Shown here: one piece after another, positions 63,266-64,000 of the stretch
Numbering within the stretch: position 1 is the first letter of the stretch
Layout: every line of letters begins with the position of its first letter
Source of the DNA: Pseudomonadota bacterium
Lineage (GTDB): Bacteria; Pseudomonadota; Alphaproteobacteria; Rhizobiales; Xanthobacteraceae
Direction of reading: 5' to 3'
Assembly (NCBI GenBank): GCA_963204905.1
Contig: CAUJJN010000203.1
Coordinates: 1,585 to 65,584 of the forward strand
Length of the DNA: 64,000 nt
Position numbers and translations under genes: made by a program
The notes under the pieces: model-generated
What the model was told of the DNA's origin: nothing
Databases searched by the model: none
The model's input: only the letters and a program-made list of their open reading frames with translations

Positions 63266-64000
63266 CACACGCCCTCCGGCTTGATCGGTTCGAAACCGAG
63301 GCTCATCTGGACGGAGCGCAGCAGGCAGGTTCGCGATTGCCACAGCTGAATGTCGGTGAATTCACGTCCGCTGTCGGTGATGTCGGCCTCAAGCGCCTGC
63401 GCGATCAGCCCGGCATGGCCGCTCTCCCAACTGCGGAGATCCGCCACCAGATTTTCCGTCTTCATCAGGCGGATCGGGGCGCCATCGGTCGCGCCGAGGA
63501 ACGCCCGCGACCGCGCGCCGGCGACGATCACCATCGCCATCGCGTGAGCGAACTCACCTGTCTTGCGGCACAGCTTGTAGGTCCCCCATGTCGCATCGGG
63601 CGGCAGGCGCGGGATGCGTACTCCGGTCAACACATCGGAGATATCGAGCTGGGTCGTATAGGCCGCGAACACGAATTCGTCGGCGGGACAGCCCTTCTTG
63701 CCGTCGGGACCTTCCCATTCGATCGTCGCCCCAAGCGCCGCCATTGTGGTCAACCAATCCGCCGCCGGGTCCGCAAGCGAGAGGCTGCCGCCGATGGTGC
63801 CGCGATTGCGGACAGCCTGGTAGGCGATTTTCGAAGCAACCTTCGGCATAAGCCCGTTGGAGGGATCAGCAACCTCGCCGATCTGGATTTGATCGTGGGT
63901 GACGCAAGCGCCGATCCAGACTTCGCGATCATCGGCCGAGCATTGCTTCATCTCGGCGATGCCGCTGACATCCACCAGTCGCTCGGCGGCAACCATGCGC
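63265..64000 (-). CDS. FAD-binding medium subunit of a xanthine dehydrogenase/CO dehydrogenase-family molybdoenzyme (CoxM-like); N-terminus beyond the window end
   Basis: ..AYQAVRNRGTIGGSLSLADPAADW.. is the CoxM/FAD_binding_5 hallmark. In homologues the region ..LVDVSGIAEMK.. sits ~40-50 aa from the N-terminus, so the gene almost certainly continues past 64000. Confidence 0.85.
   Translation of the reverse strand, partial: RMVAAERLVDVSGIAEMKQCSADDREVWIGACVTHDQIQIGEVADPSNGLMPKVASKIAYQAVRNRGTIGGSLSLADPAADWLTTMAALGATIEWEGPDGKKGCPADEFVFAAYTTQLDISDVLTGVRIPRLPPDATWGTYKLCRKTGEFAHAMAMVIVAGARSRAFLGATDGAPIRLMKTENLVADLRSWESGHAGLIAQALEADITDSGREFTDIQLWQSRTCLLRSVQMSLGFEPIKPEGV

Noticed and set aside
1-64000. 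A search by eye for CRISPR arrays, tRNA/rRNA genes, IS elements or transposases, integrases, prophage genes, toxin-antitoxin pairs and known defence-system genes.
   Set aside because: None were found. Every long ORF with recognisable motifs is metabolic, transport or regulatory. The only repeats seen are short operators or hairpins and one 18-bp tandem duplication.

Overview
This is a GC-rich, gene-dense chromosomal segment. Its protein families suggest a metabolically versatile alphaproteobacterium, Bradyrhizobium/Rhodopseudomonas-like; that is inference only, with no search run.

I support 59 protein-coding genes, 2 decayed pseudogenes, 2 strong hairpin terminators between convergent genes, and several candidate operators or intercistronic hairpins. 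Both edge genes are truncated by the window. The left one is absent from the ORF track because it runs off the edge.

54 of the 59 genes lie on the minus strand in long operons. I verified about 20 start/stop overlaps (ATGA, GTGA, TTGA, TGATG) directly in the sequence.

The content is an organic-acid/amino-acid catabolic island:
- LIV/HAAT-family ABC importer genes: three complete transporter sets, one intact orphan binding protein and one decayed binding-protein gene.
- One AapJQMP-type polar amino-acid importer and one NitT/TauT-type importer.
- Four AMP-forming acyl-CoA ligases and a single-chain BC-BCCP-CT carboxylase.
- Two paralogous flavin monooxygenases, two RidA proteins and two CoxG-like proteins.
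- TcuAB, partial CoxMS, an amidase, and TetR/IclR(x2)/LysR/XRE regulators.

I saw no rRNA, tRNA, CRISPR, IS/transposase, integrase, phage or toxin-antitoxin signatures.

The best candidate for an undescribed system is the 14-gene co-directional operon at 33542-47652. It contains an FMO, a NitT/TauT importer, RidA, a cupin, an SDR, a family-III CoA-transferase, a Cys/Met-type PLP lyase, a crotonase, an MmgE/PrpD protein, a soluble FrdA-like flavoprotein with a mini-SdhB 2Fe-2S partner, and an M24 hydrolase. That combination matches no pathway I know.

Secondary candidates:
- A LIV importer - ligase - DUF169 - SCP2 - hydrolase operon (6396-14413).
- An amidase - CoxG - ligase - PaaI - reductase operon (49427-54478).
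- A Mo-hydroxylase operon interrupted by an ABC importer (58383-64000).

All family calls are recognised from motifs by eye and need HMM/BLAST confirmation. Motif coordinates may be off by 1-2 nt.
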